From Auanema rhodensis (taxonomy: Eukaryota > Animalia > Nematoda), in the NCBI GenBank assembly GCA_964057225.1, contig OZ059897.1, positions 15,934,001-15,998,000 of the forward strand: 64,000 bases of DNA, in the 5' to 3' direction. Of the stretch, positions 1 to 14,100 are shown piece by piece. The notes beneath the pieces are model-generated. The model made no database searches. It was not told where the DNA came from and saw only the letters and a program-made list of their open reading frames with translations. Made by a program: the position numbers and the translations under genes. How positions within the stretch are numbered: the first letter of the stretch is position 1; each line of letters begins with the position of its first letter.

Positions 1-3000
1 CTTTCTCTGTTAAAAATTCTCCCCATCTGTCAGGATTTTCTTGCATCCATTCAAGTAATGAAGGACCATACTCAAGACAGACTGTATCTTTTTTAGCAGT
101 TTCTTTCTTAGGCGCAATAGCTAAAATATTAAAATTAATAATTTTAGAGGTTGAAATCTTCATATTCTTACTTCCATTTCCATCAAGACCGGTAATATCG
201 TAATCCGCATCGTCTTCATAGTTATAGTAATCATCTTCCTTAGCTGCTGTCGTTGAGGTCTCCGTTGCTACAGATGGATCTGCTCTTTTTCTTCTTTTTT
301 TTCCTAATCAAAAAAATTAAAAAACGAACTTTACATTTTTATACCGAAGATGTCATTGATAATAGATTCAGTCAAAGTGCTGGAATCTTTTGGAGTAACT
401 TCTTTAGCAAGAACTACAGCTTCAAGTGTGATTTTCTCTGATTCATCTTTAGCCATATTCCATTCATTAAATTTCTTCAAGGCATTGCACTTATCAAAGT
501 AATTTGGTGAAGTTGGTGGACAATCGACATCAAGAGGGTCGATACATGGACGGTCGAGATAAGCTGCTCCAATTCCAGCCTGTAAACAAAATTTTGCGAT
601 GAAAAACAAAAATGAAATCCTTACTCGTTCGAAGAAGTTTCCGATTGGTCCTAGATCAAAAAGACTTCCAACTTCACTCATTACAGCAGTTGGATCAAGA
701 TTTTTCCATGTAACATTACCCTTTGGAAGAGAAGAAATAAATCCAGAAATTTCTTCACTAAAACAATAGTGGTGTTTCAATAATATTAATTCAAAATTTT
801 TTACAAACCCTAAGTTAAGAGGTGGACGAGGTCCTAATGGTTTAGCTCCTTCCCAATAACAATCAATAGGTGTAATCCAAATACAAGGTATGATTTTATC
901 CAACAACGTCGACATAACTTTGGCTAGTGGACCAGAATTGAAACTTGGGCTAGGTGGCTTGAAACAAATATCGGATAAAGTCCATTTCCTACAAAACCAA
1001 AATTAACTGATGATTAAACAGTGCTATACTGACTCTCCATGCATCTCAACGGAATATTGAGCAATTTCTTCCATCAAATCAACGTGTTTTAATAAAGATT
1101 TCTTTGAAAGAACATTTTCTCCTTCATAGCTGGGAGTTTGAATAACAACCTGTAAGGAAAATCGGATAAAATAATTCATAGGTAGTCCAAATATACCTGG
1201 AATCCACCACCTAAACCATTTTCTCTTGGAATTTCGGGTGTATGTCTTTCGTGTGATTGTTGTTTATGTTTTTTCTTGTTAGTTGTTGCATTTACAGGCC
1301 CAACATTAGGTGGTGGCGGCGGAGGTTCCGTAACATCTCTTTTAATCTGAAAATTTCATGAAATAAGAGTTAATAGATGAGAGACATACTCTCATAGATT
1401 CTTCTTGTACCCGTGAGAGAAATCCAAGCTCTTCGCTCAAACGTCCTCCTTCTGTAAATTACATGATTTAAATTTTTTTGTTGGAATTTTGCCTCACGTG
1501 AAACCCATAATTTAACGATATCTGTCTCAATTATGACATCTTGTAAACCAGCGCAGCAGGCAGTATAAACCAAAAGACTAAATTTGGAAAATAGAACAAA
1601 CAATTAGAAAAGAGAAATGTATAACATACGTAACAACAACAGTAGACCATGCCCATTTTTGAACAAAACATCCTATGCGGAATAACCATAACTGGAAAAA
1701 GGCACGTGCATACAGTCCGGGTCGAGCACCTGTAGCAACTCCCTGAAAAGCCAATGCAATAACATTGAAATAAATCAAATATTTTGATTTCATACCCTAT
1801 TAATCTGTTGAAGTGACATATCAGCATCGCACCATGTTGGCGCATGACTGAACTTTTTCTTCCATGCTTCTGAGAAATCTCCGGAATCGAAGTTTCCAGT
1901 TAGCTTATTGTCCAGAAACTGAAAAAAAGCAAAAATATAAAGAAGTAGAAGATTACATGAAATTGTTTTCTTATAAAACGGATGAGGACTTCATTTTGAT
2001 CTTATTCGCAATGGAATATATTTTTTCAACAAACATTGCTAATTGTTTTCAGAGGGCTCCTTTCATAGGTTTTTATCCTATAATCTTCATTTTGGTTTAT
2101 ATCTGTTCTTAGTTGTTGAGATGATTGTTTTAAAAGGAATACTTGCTCAGCTGATTTCAATTTAATATCAAAAACCATTCTATCAGCAAGAGTCTACCTA
2201 TAGAAAATTGACATCTAAAATAGCAGAACGATCATTAACTTTAGAGAGGCAATTTGAGAAAAAAAAGAAAAAATAGCTAAGATACTAATAGTAAAATCTA
2301 ACAAACTATTAGGAAAAAAAGAAAAGAACACTCATAGATACGTCTAACCATATTCTACCTGTCCTTAGTACATAAGAAAAGAAGATGGACGAGGAGATAA
2401 ATAAGAGACAGAGGTCATCCTAACACATCATATCAAAGTTCGAAAAAAACAAAGAATATACTAAATGCAACTATATTTACTAGCTAGGTTTGTTAAACTA
2501 TATAATTAAAGTAATATCACTATAAATCAAAAAATCTAAATTATGTCAAAAATAATGAAATTGATTGCATGATTATTATAGTATAGTTAAGTTATATATA
2601 TAAATATATATATATAATTCAACCACAATATAAATTGAAATTCTGAGTAATATGCTCTATGTGGGACTATGACTCACCATAAACTACCACTTTTCTTGTT
2701 TTAATATTTGACAGGAAATATAGAAAGACAAATCATATAACAAATTATAAATTTGTCTAGTTCAAATATATTTTTACCAAAATTCCATAGCAATTCACCT
2801 ATTCAAAATGAAACAGAGCAAGAATAACAATTGATTTCGAGGGCAAGATCAAGCAATGAATCTACACAACAACCGGAAATGTTTACTTAATAATAATAAA
2901 AAAAAAATCAAAATAAACCTTTCTCTCATAACTTATTATTTATTTATATACACATACCCTAATATTTCTTTACGTTAACTGAGTATTTCTTAAAATATAA

Positions 3001-3079
3001 AATTAAAACTGACCCTTCTGATGACACCAGCTTTTCTGTCGGGTGCAGTTTGGTCGCTGTGGACCTTGGCATTACCCAT
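1..3079 (-). CDS. ptc-3: Patched family receptor/transporter, ptc-3-like; 5' part only, gene continues past position 1
   Basis: Hand-spliced GT-AG exons: 3014-3079, 1796-1918, 1630-1742, 1498-1577, 1390-1451, 1197-1346, 1034-1149, 809-988, 625-757, 345-579, 172-303, 1-120. Translation MGNAKVHSDQ...HAPTWCDADMSLQQINRG...IETDIVKLWVSQGGRL...GGGFQVVIQTP...IIPCIWITPIDCYWEGAKPLGP...AGIGAAYLDRPCIDPLD...CLEYGPSLLEWMQENPDRWGEFL contains classic Patched N-terminal and first-loop motifs. The ptc-3 subtype is from recalled similarity, not a database search. Confidence 0.93.
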
Positions 3080-6000
3080 CGCACCCTAAATAAACAACAA
3101 TGACATAAGTAATATTAAAAGGAAACAAAGAAACATAGTAAGAGGATATGAAAAAAATTATAAATGATCATTGAATATATATATATATTTAATAAATAAA
3201 TATATATACCTGCATAATAAATGGTTGATAGTTCATATAATAATAAAAATTGGAAAAGATGTTTACAAAAAAAGGAGTGATGCAGAAAAATTGGTTCAAA
3301 CTTGATGAAAAAGAAAAAATAAGTAGAAAGATGATTTTGAAAGAGAATAGAATTTAAGACAGAAATTCATAAATAAGAAAATGAAAAATAGCTAGTCATG
3401 TGATAAAACCATGCAACATAACTCCAAAGATCTAAAAAATAACTAGAAAACTGGTCGTTCGAAGAAAAAATTGGATGATTTTGGCACAAATGAATTAAAC
3501 CATCTTCAAACATTTATTGTTTTCTTCCAATACATTAAGCTGTACCTATTGGAAGCAATCATATTCAGAATTGGAATAAGCGTCATTCATAAGCACAAAA
3601 TTTCGTTTTTGAATAATTACTTTTGGGAATTTAAGTTTAAGTTGTAGCTTTGAATTTAGTTCAATAGCCGTAATTTTGACTAATGAGGTGTTGAAAGAGA
3701 GTAGGTACTCAACACTCAGAAGTCGAAAGAAGTTGAGACTAGAAAAACTGTAGAGAGGAAACGAGAGACATGTTGGTTGTTAAAAAGCAAAAAGGGCTAT
3801 CCAGTAGCCAAAAAGTAGCTCGAATTCAATAGATGATTGGTCGAAATGCGAAAGTGAAATGTCCGAATCTATTTGACAGGCCAGAATCTTCATACTATTA
3901 TCCATACAGATGGACACAGTCTCACTGCTAGTTATCCTCATCATCGACATCGCCCTCATACGGTTCGATCATCCATAGCGTTTTCCTCGCAGTATTTAGT
4001 CGTCTGCTTCACGATGTGACTGCCTTTTGTCGACTTTGTGGTTTAGTCAGCCGTAATGTACACGGCGTCTGTGGATTCAAGTTCAGAATAAAAAAACTTC
4101 AAAGCCGTCCAGCCAAGGAGATTTTCGGATAAAAGTTAAGCAAAGAAACTGCTACTAGGTAATGTCGAATAAATTGAACTTGAAACATAGAAACAATTTC
4201 AAACAATTTTTGGATCGCTCAGAAGCTAATGTCCATAAACGAGGTAAAGCCCATTGTAAGAGCCTGTTGATGGCCTAGAGATCAGAGCTCAATAGCAGGA
4301 ATCAGCAACGATGACGACGACAATAAAGTCGAGGATGGTGAAGCTGTTTGGCCTGACCAGGATGTATAGCAGCTTTTTCGTTCAGTTATCTACTAGCGGC
4401 GCTATAAGATCCAGTATCATTTTAGAAAAATCGGAAACAGATCCAAAAAGATTTCAGACTAACAGGAGACGCAGCAGCAGCTAAATCAAGCATCACTTTA
4501 TCATCATATGAAAGCATCTGCAAGATTGTTGCCTATCCCGTTCTTATTCAAGAAATTATCTTGTAAATAGAAATATAGAAAATGTTCTTACAGATCTGAA
4601 GAAGAATATGAATAAGCTTAAAGCTTTTGGAACAGTGTTACAATAGAGATGCCGAAAACGATTGGATAAAGAACAGTTGAAACTGAATAAAGATGACATC
4701 ATACCAAAATTGTTTCTTGCTCTTTACATGTTTTAAAAAGTTTTCCGAATATTAACTGTTGATCACATATATGGGACGAATAGCCAATGCCGGTACACAC
4801 CTCTGCATTCAATGTTTCAGTGAAATAATTTCTGAAGCTGTTGGGTGAAAGAGTATTAGAAAGCGAGAGATACAAGGTATGTCTTGACGAATAGACATTG
4901 ACGACATCGGGCGAATTCTCGGAAAACCAAGTTAACTGTTAGTGTCATTAGATTTTTTTATCTGATACTGACTCACCAGTAACGTCAAAAATGGTCCGAC
5001 AGTGCGATGATATCATCAGATGTTAGAATTGAAAGAAAATATAGTGAACTACTACTATCATTACCACGCTGTTAGATTGTGGGATAAGTCTCATCATGTT
5101 GAAAGATAGACGTCTCACGGACTTTGCACATCGGAAAAGATGATGATGGCGATGACTTACTGGTCTATGAATATGCACCCGACCTTGCCTTCCAACAATG
5201 AAAACAAGAGAAAAAGGTAACCAATAAACAAGTTTTCCAACAATTAAACAGAACTCATCAGCTTGAAAACTTGGATTAAATTTAAAAATTTAGTGATGGC
5301 ACTACCGAATATAAATAACTGTTTATAAGATTTCAACGAATATAGGTCAAACGGAGAAGAGGATGACGACACACCGAATAAGATCTGACAGAAATACCTG
5401 TTTCCATTCGAAAAGAAGTTCAACATTTTCTCGAGGAAACGTCACTTTCTCGTTAACTCTCTCTAGTCTTCCCCCTTTCTCTGTCTCTAAATCATATACC
5501 TTCCTCACTTCCTCAATTCTTACAAACTAATGCGTCTTTTTCATTTCCTCCCACTAATACAGTTTTCACATCTATTTATGTAGCCCTTGACACGATCAAC
5601 TTTTAAGGTGGGTGTATGCAAATGGCTGAGTAAAACAGAATAAAAAAAGAAATTTCTTGATATAATAGTGAAATCATCAAGTTCGCTTTATTACCGAAAT
5701 CATGACATTAAAACTTGGAATATCGTACTCTCGAATCTCTTATACATATATAAATTGTAAAAAAAGAAATTATAACCCATCATTTTGAAACTTAACACTA
5801 TGTATCATCTTAATTGCTTTTTCTAATAAATTACAGTCTTTCTCCTGAATGGTCCAATTCCATATAGACCTACTAAACGAACAAAGCTTATGAAACATTG
5901 AGAAAACAGTAGTGGTATAGAGGAAATGTTCAATTTATATGATTTCTTAATACATTAAGAAAAGATATTAGTAAGAATAGATCTGAACTTTCTTTAGTAT

Positions 6001-9000
6001 TTTATGAGACAAGAATTCGATTGGAAGAGAAATCTTGCTATTACTAAACTAAAATAATGCATTAGGATATATCTATAGAATTAGATTATGGTAAAAGACA
6101 GGGACAAATAAAACATTGAAAAGGAAAAATAAATCAGAAAATATAACAGAAAAGTAACTAGTATCAGTGGCAATTAACAGATAGAACAACATGCTAAAGT
6201 ACTTGGGATGTGTATGACAATAAAGCGCAAAGGAGAAGCAGCAGATATCTACCGCTGTAGCTACCAAAGATAACTAGGTGGATTATTCAGAGAAAAGAGA
6301 GGAAGAGAATAACAGAGAAAGCAATGAAAAGAAGGAGGAGAAGAGGAGACAGGAAGTCAGCGGAAAAAGAAAAATGGAAAGAGAGAATCAAGACAAATGG
6401 TCTCAGCCAGAAGACCGGATATTTTGGTGGTAGTGTTGGAAGGCAGACAGATGTACCGATTGTGTACGAGTATGTCACGGAAAACTAGTAACATATATAA
6501 GTTCGTATGATACATATGCTTCTGTATAAAGAGAGAGAGATATTGCCAATCATGGATGGACAAAGTAAGAGGGTGATAGAAGAGAAGAGGAAGGAGGATG
6601 AGAAAGAAAAAGAAAGAGAAAGAGAGAAAAAGATAGTGGCATGAAACGGTTAATGGTTCTATATGATAAAATGGATTATAATCAAACAACTGGAGATTTT
6701 AATACAACATAAGAGGAACAGTTGATGGCAGTAGTTACAAATTTAGATGTTTCAGAATTTCCGAGAAATGGCCTGTTGCTACTACTTCTGATGAAAGTGA
6801 CACGGAGGATAGTTACATCTCCCTGTGCTATATGCCGTGCATATAAATGAAAAAAGAATAATTCACATAGCTGGATGCCTGTTATAGAAAGAAAAGTGAC
6901 TGGAATGAGGCAAACGACCATCATAATCTGTTAAACCTTGAACATACTCAAAGAAAAAGAATTTACCGACAAAAAGAAAATTGTCTTTTGACAGCTTAAT
7001 CACAGCTAATTTTAGGTGTAATTAAAAGGAAAAATCGTATTTTGAACCGAAAAATTGCGAAGAATTGATGAAAATAACAGAAAAGCTTCTGAAAATGAAC
7101 AGAAAACTGAAATTGAGATAGATATCCAGGTATAATGATGATAAAAGAATGAAAATGCTTCTAATAGAGATACGAATTGAAGTTAAACGAGATTTAGTTT
7201 TACATCATACATCATTTCAACAAGAAACATTTTCAAAATTTAAACAAAAATAATTTTCAAAAATGCTATAAAATGGTTAAAGAATATGATGATGTATAGT
7301 CGTTCCTCGAACTGATTCAATATTCTGATTGTTGCTAAACGTTGTAGTCTGGTATAACAAACTACAACACATTAGAAAATAGATTTTCTGAAGGAAATAA
7401 ACGAAAATGGGAAAAAGAAGAAGAATATATGAACAGGAAGAGAAAAGAAATAGAAAAGTAGAGAAAGTGATTGAGGAAATCGGAGAAGTAAAACGGATAA
7501 TTTCCATATATGGTTCTTCATTGTGGTTGATGATGACAAGTAAGAGAAGAGAGGACGACGAGATAGAACAAGTTTTCCTGATTATATCATACACTATTAT
7601 ATAAGCCAGACTTAAGCAAATTGGCTTCATGATAACGAAGTTAAGGTTTGGATAGAAGAACTGAAGAAGTTTGGAACAACTCGAAGAAAAAAGAAAAATC
7701 CCGGGCAGATGTATAGAATAATAGAGATACGTGAATGTAGCCAAAAGATTAAAAAAATAAATAAAAATGAAGATAGTTTAGTACAATTTTAATCAAAAAA
7801 AGCTAAGAACTAGGACTACTTTCGTCTTTTCATTCCTTTTTTCAACTTTCCGGTTCGCAAAACTGTTGGCCTATTTGGGTAATAGGAGGACGAAGACGAT
7901 TCAACATTTGGTTGGTATGAGAGGAGAGAATGAATCCGGCTTGGATTATTTTTATGAAAAAAAAATGAGAAAATGTTTAAAAAATGGCTAATAGGTAGTT
8001 TAGGTACATATATATTAAGAAATTTAATATAAATAGTTCATCATAATCATAAAAATATAAAAGTTTGAGAGAACTATTAACTCCGACCTAACACATAGGT
8101 TAACGGAAACTATCATACTCGTACGAATAATTAGCTCGGAAGTCGGATTATCCTTAAGAGAAACTGAATAGAAAACAACAAAATGTTTTTCAGGTCGGAT
8201 AAATGCAAGAGAACAACAGGTTATCTCTGAGATCATCATATGCATGCAACTCATCCGAACATTTGGATAACGCCATTCACGGCGAGGTCGATAGGAGAGA
8301 ATAGGAACTATGAAGAAAGGAATATGAAGGAAAAAACCGTCGGTACATCATACAGATGCATGGAAGGTTAGAAGAATTCAGAGGATATGGCGACGAAAAC
8401 CTTGCTGGTTGATTGTAAACTAAACTTCAAGGGTTTTCATATTATTATTAAAAAAAAAGAAAATATCCTTTTGATTTAAAATGAAGATAAGAATTGAAGA
8501 GTATAGAAATTGGCAATCTTATCCGATTTTTCAATCAAATTCACAATAAGATATAATATTAGAAGAAAATGTAAAGAACAAGCTTAAGGCTATATTGAAA
8601 CTAATTCTGCTGCTAATGCTTGCTGATGTAGATGAGACAGAATACGAAAATCTTTTCGAGATCACTAGTTGCAAAGAATGGATATGAAACTGGTGAGAAC
8701 ATGCAGTGTTGAACTTCTACCATTCAAGGCAAACTCGGAGAAGTGAACGCCAGGACAATCGAATTTTGCAAAATCGTTTCTGTTGGTAAGCTGAGGCAGT
8801 TCCAGATATATAAAAACTGAAATTCTCAGAAGAAGATAAAAAAAAACCAAAAACAGTATATGAATGTAGTATCTAGTTGAGTTGAAGGGATGTTTGTCAT
8901 ATAGCAAGTCAGTGGTTGAAGTTTGCTGTGTCCGTTGTAGAGTCTGTTCTTCTGTAGTCTAAGGTGGTGCAATTTGGTTCCAGAAGAAAGACACAAAAGA

Positions 9001-11046
9001 TAACAGTGGTTAGCGGAAGAAGTAAAAGGAAGAAACGAAATTGGAATAGGACCAATTCTTAAGAAACAAGAGTAGATGATTGGAGAAGGTTGAGAGATTG
9101 ATGTAGAAATAGAGATACAGGTTGATAGAAAAGGTGCTAGATCGCTGATATGAACAACGAGAGATATATAAAAGACTTTTGAAGACTAATAAAAAACCAT
9201 AAATGGTAATTGAGGACAAGTATAGACAACAAGATGGATAAATTCTAAAGTTGGTATACGTCTAGTGACTATGAAGGCGACAACAACCCTGACGAGTTGA
9301 AGAGAAGTTATTTAGTAAATGATAGAGAAAAGAGGTAAGATGTGATTGAAAATAGTTCAAAGAGAAGAAATAGTCAAAAAATAAAGAAGAAATAGAGAGA
9401 AATAGCCAGATATACAGATAGGTTGAGAAAAGGAGCGAGAAAGAGAGAGAACGAGAGAGGGGGGGGCGGAGAAAAACCAAAAGAAGAGAGAAAGACAGAA
9501 AGCCTAAGAACTGAAGAATTAAATTCAAACGATTTCAGGCGGATTAATCTTTTCGGTGAAGAAGGTAATGCTTTTCAGCTATAGATTGAAGACAACGGCG
9601 TGAGGAATAGATTCAATGCAGCATACGAAAGTACAAAAATCCGGCTTCAGCAGGTCCATCAGTTGAATATGACGCCCGGCGATAACCGTTGTTCATTCAA
9701 CAACAGGAAGCAAAGCAAATCTGCGGGCATGCGGGAGATAAGGAGGAAGAGGTAGAGAGGTGCTGAGAGATAAGGTGGGATAGAACATAAGTGAAGCAGA
9801 GAGAAAACCGCTAAGCCTCTATCTATTGAATACTTCGTTTAAATCAAGACATAATTAACAATATTCTGTCAATTGAACTACAATAAGTCAGATAAACTGC
9901 AAAAGTTATGAAAAAAATATAACTGTAAGGTAGAAACAAGCTAGATAGATGTAGAAGAAGAAGAAGATGATGATGACTCGGACTAAGCCTAAGCCGCACT
10001 AGATACAGTCCGCTTCATCCAAAAAGTTTTATTTAGCTGTTTCTTTTTGAATTCAAATCAAAGAAAACAGTTTCAATCATAAAGTAAGTATTATCTGAGT
10101 GACTAAAGGATTTAGAACCAATGTATCAAAAACAAAAAAAATTACAAATTTCAATGAAATCAAATGACAATCTCGGAAAAGCTTGAAGCTTAGATAAACC
10201 ATAGACGCCACAAGTGAGAAAATATAGAGCCTGTCGAGGTTTAAAGAACAACGTTGTTCCAAACCAGAACTATTATGTAGATCACAAAAAGACAGTTCTT
10301 GTTCAGTTCAGAACAGAAATCGTTTTCATTTTGTGGTTTTACTATCTCTCTGAACATCCTCTTCTCATATATGTCGTATGACTTCACTTTCCCAAGTCAT
10401 TTTACCTAATATTATAGATTTATCTTTAAAAGTACAAATATAAAAACGTGTGATTTGTGTTCATAATGTTGTTGAGATAGAAGAATAGAGTAGAATAACG
10501 ATCAAATTATCAAATCATTTCAATAAACTGATTTTGAAACTTTGCTAAAGATTTCCCATCGTTAAAAATTCAATAGAAGGTATGAGATATATATATATAT
10601 ATATATATAGAGGGAAAAAGGGAAAGAGGGATAGTGAGAGAGAAGGTAAGAAAGGAAGAGAAAAATCAAGAGATATGATATATTGAGAAAGTTCGAGAGA
10701 AATATTATAGAAAAAGGGTAATATGGAAAAGATGACGAACAACGAGACCATATATGTAACAGGATGTCAAATAAATAAGTGACATCCTCTTTCATATCTT
10801 ATATGTGAAATTAGAGGAGAAACGAGAGAAAAGTCCATTCATTATTCAACACCTTATGAACAATTTTCTGTTTTCCAATCACAATTATAAAATCTTTCTT
10901 TAGTTCATACAGCATGACAATTGATTTTAATCCTTTACATTCAGAAACATAAAACATTCAGGAACAATAAGAACAAGGAAGAAAGTGACTGTCAACTAAG
11001 ACTAAGCACAACTATCAAAACTATATTTGAAAAGAAAAGTTCGTAC

Positions 11047-11151
11047 CTTGATAATAGTAGTTTTGTTAGTTGATAAGAGGGATTGATGAGTGTGGATGTT
11101 AGACAAAGTTTTGAGACGACACACGCCGAGCTGATGGTATTTGATAGAATT
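11047..11151 (-). other. Candidate upstream exon of the ptc-3-like gene (5' UTR or coding)
   Basis: Minus strand reads TATTTTCAG|105 nt|GTACGA. The exon is stop-free in phase 0 and would join in frame to the acceptor at 3085 (TTTATTTAG|GGT GCG ATG). It contains no ATG. Confidence 0.5.
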
Positions 11152-14100
11152 CTGAAAATAATTTGATATTTAAACTAAGAAATACGAAAAAAATAATAAA
11201 AAAGAAAGAGAGAGAATAAGGAAAATATATACATATAGGTAGACAGGTAAATAGAAAATATATATGACAAATGAAAATGGATTAAATACAGAGAAAACTA
11301 ATGAGTCAGACTAATAGAAAACTTTGCACTCATGAAATATTTGGTTGTCACACCTTCTTCAAGTCAGGATTAACTGGAATTCATTGAATTGGAACAACCA
11401 TAATAGCGAATTCGAAACATATATCTCAAATGACTCAGAACAATTGAAGATGAAGCTGGATTGAATTGGATTGTCGGTATCATTACGGTTAATTACTCAT
11501 CGATGACTACAGTCACCACATACAAAAAGAAAAAGGACATTAAGAAAGTAAATGATACATATATAGTTAGTTTTATAGGTAATTTAGTTAAGATTGAGAC
11601 AGAAAAAAGACCAAAATATATTATTGAATGTATAAAGTACTTATTATTCTTTACGATCACCAGCTCTTTCAACAAAATAATGAAAATTCTGATTCTTATG
11701 CCATTGTTTAATGAGAACACTACACCCATTGATAGAATCAAAAAGGATTGAAACAGGTGGATCAGTATATCACGTCATTTGGCCTTGCTTAATCGTTTAT
11801 GCCCGGCTTTGAGAAGAACGACAGTCTTTGAATTGTTATAGATCAGTTTGACCACAATTAAGCTGGAATAGGAAGAGTGTTCCCGTTGATTGGTCGTCAA
11901 TTTCAAAATGTAGAAAAAGAAACTGTCTATATCTAGTTGAGATTGAATGAAGAGAATACGAACGAAATAAGAGAATATAAGATCAAGAGATAGAGAGGGA
12001 AAGTTTTTCGATAGAGAAGATAGAAGAGCAGACGAAATAGTAAAGGATATATGTAGAGACAATAGAATTGTAGCGGGTGCATAAAATCACAAAACACATT
12101 TCAGATCAAGACTGAATCTATGTCTCGAAAGACGCAAAAGATGAAAACTCTTATCATGTGAAGATGAAGATGTCTTCTCCTAAAGAAGGCATCAAATACA
12201 CGATCGGATAATTGGCAAAGAAGAAAGATGAAAAGATCAAATGAAAATAGGAGATCATGCAAGAGAGAGAGAGAGAGCAAGATAGAGAGAGAATAAAAAA
12301 AGACAAACGCTGCTAATGCTGACATAAGAATCTTCTGTTTGAAAAACTTGGAAATTTCAACTACGCCATGGACGATCACGCAATTCTCGCGCTTTTCAAT
12401 GATAAAAAGTGTTGTCATAGTATACCAGAGGCAATGGATTTTCCAGCTAATCAGCAACATCCCTACACAACCTGTTATGAAACTGCATATATTGAAATAA
12501 TGGATTTTCAACATTAAAGAAAGTACGAGTTCATTTTTATCAAAAATCACATATAAACCTTGCTAGCAATTAACTATCAAAATCATTTAAGTATACCTAA
12601 TTGCAGTCGATTCACATATGATGACAATAGTTTGGACAATATTAAAGACCATGACGATGACAATGTTGAACATAAGTGAAGAAGCTGTATGAATGATGCT
12701 TTTGAACTGGTTTTTTTTGTTCAGCGACAACATCAAACATTTTGACATTTGGATTAATCCGAGAATATCCAATTTAGTCAAAGTTTCATAATATGAAATA
12801 CAGTCAATTATATATAAAAGTTCATGTTAAATCAAATATATATTATGATCATTGGTAAATTAATTCTTCAATTATCATAACAGTTCATTTTGATTGTTAA
12901 TCCTTATATAGAAAATCAAATTCTACTTAATTTTGCACTCAATGAGGGTACACAATGAACTTTCTATCAAATATGACCTCATCAAACTTATTTTCTTTTT
13001 TAATTTCTTCAAACAAAATGCTAAGAATTTAGACTCCAAGGTTAACCACAACGTCAGCTCTCCCTTTTGAATAAAACCAATCGAGAAATTCTTTTAATGG
13101 ATGAGATGTAGATAATTGAAAACCCCTGACTAACAATATAAAAGTTCTTTGAAACACGAGGTGCAAAGTGCGAGGAATTTAGAATTTTGGTCTCATCATT
13201 TTTTTTAAAAAAACTGGATTAAATAAAGACATTATAAAGGAATTTGAAGTATAATTCCGAAAAATAATATGACAAATGAAGTAAAAGAAGAAGCTGGAAC
13301 AGTCTTCTGTCAACTACTAGACCTTGAATTAGTTAGTATTTCAATGAATACAGTATATTTTACTCATATCATGTAAACATAAAACAAATAAATATACAGA
13401 ATTTCTAACTCACTAGAACACAAACTTTAGAACTTGAAAGATTGATCTCTTCATAATGATAACCATATGCACGTTATATTATATTCCATCAACTGTGGTT
13501 TTACTCCACATCTCTTTGGCAATCCTTCTATTATATTGCCCCTACTCACTATGTTTTCATCCTAATTTTCTTCTTAAAACCAATTTCTCTAGAACTTTTC
13601 CATAGTGGGGCCTGTTTATATTCGGGAGAATCGAGAATCTGTGAAGTATAGCAACTGGAGTGTCTATACAACATACGATGCACGGAAGAACAGACAGTAA
13701 ACATCAAGAACAGACTAAGTAAGTAGCTAGAAGATTGCATTTAAAGCGAACCAGCAGCCATGCAACCATCTACGCATCAACATCTTTAATCACAATGACG
13801 GAGACGGCGACGGTAATCGAAGAACTACGTTGTAGACTACGGAAAACAATGATTATGCTGGTCGTGGTGAGAATCGTTGTTGTAGTGCTAATGACGATGA
13901 CTTCGAGGACATTGCACGCACATCATTGATGTGGACGTCGTCGCCGACGGCAACTGATTCAGATGACAGTCGGAGAAGACACCAGAAAACTGGTTATATC
14001 AACATTTATAGAATATCAAGAATAAAAATGGCATAATAAGCTGGATTTCGCTCAGCCTTTACCAAAAGGAAAGAATTTTGAGAAAGAAAGCACAACGAAT

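Noticed and set aside
5339-5349. ROR/NHR-23-type element AATATAGGTCA (another at 37777-37787, minus strand)
   Set aside because: About one to two matches are expected by chance in 64 kb of this composition.
3660-5460. Relatively GC-rich stretch considered as a transposon remnant
   Set aside because: No transposase or RT motifs, terminal repeats or long ORFs seen. More likely Patched regulatory sequence.
9983-9995. CTAAGCCTAAGCC, about two nematode telomere (TTAGGC) units
   Set aside because: Too short to indicate an interstitial telomere or a DNA-elimination breakpoint.
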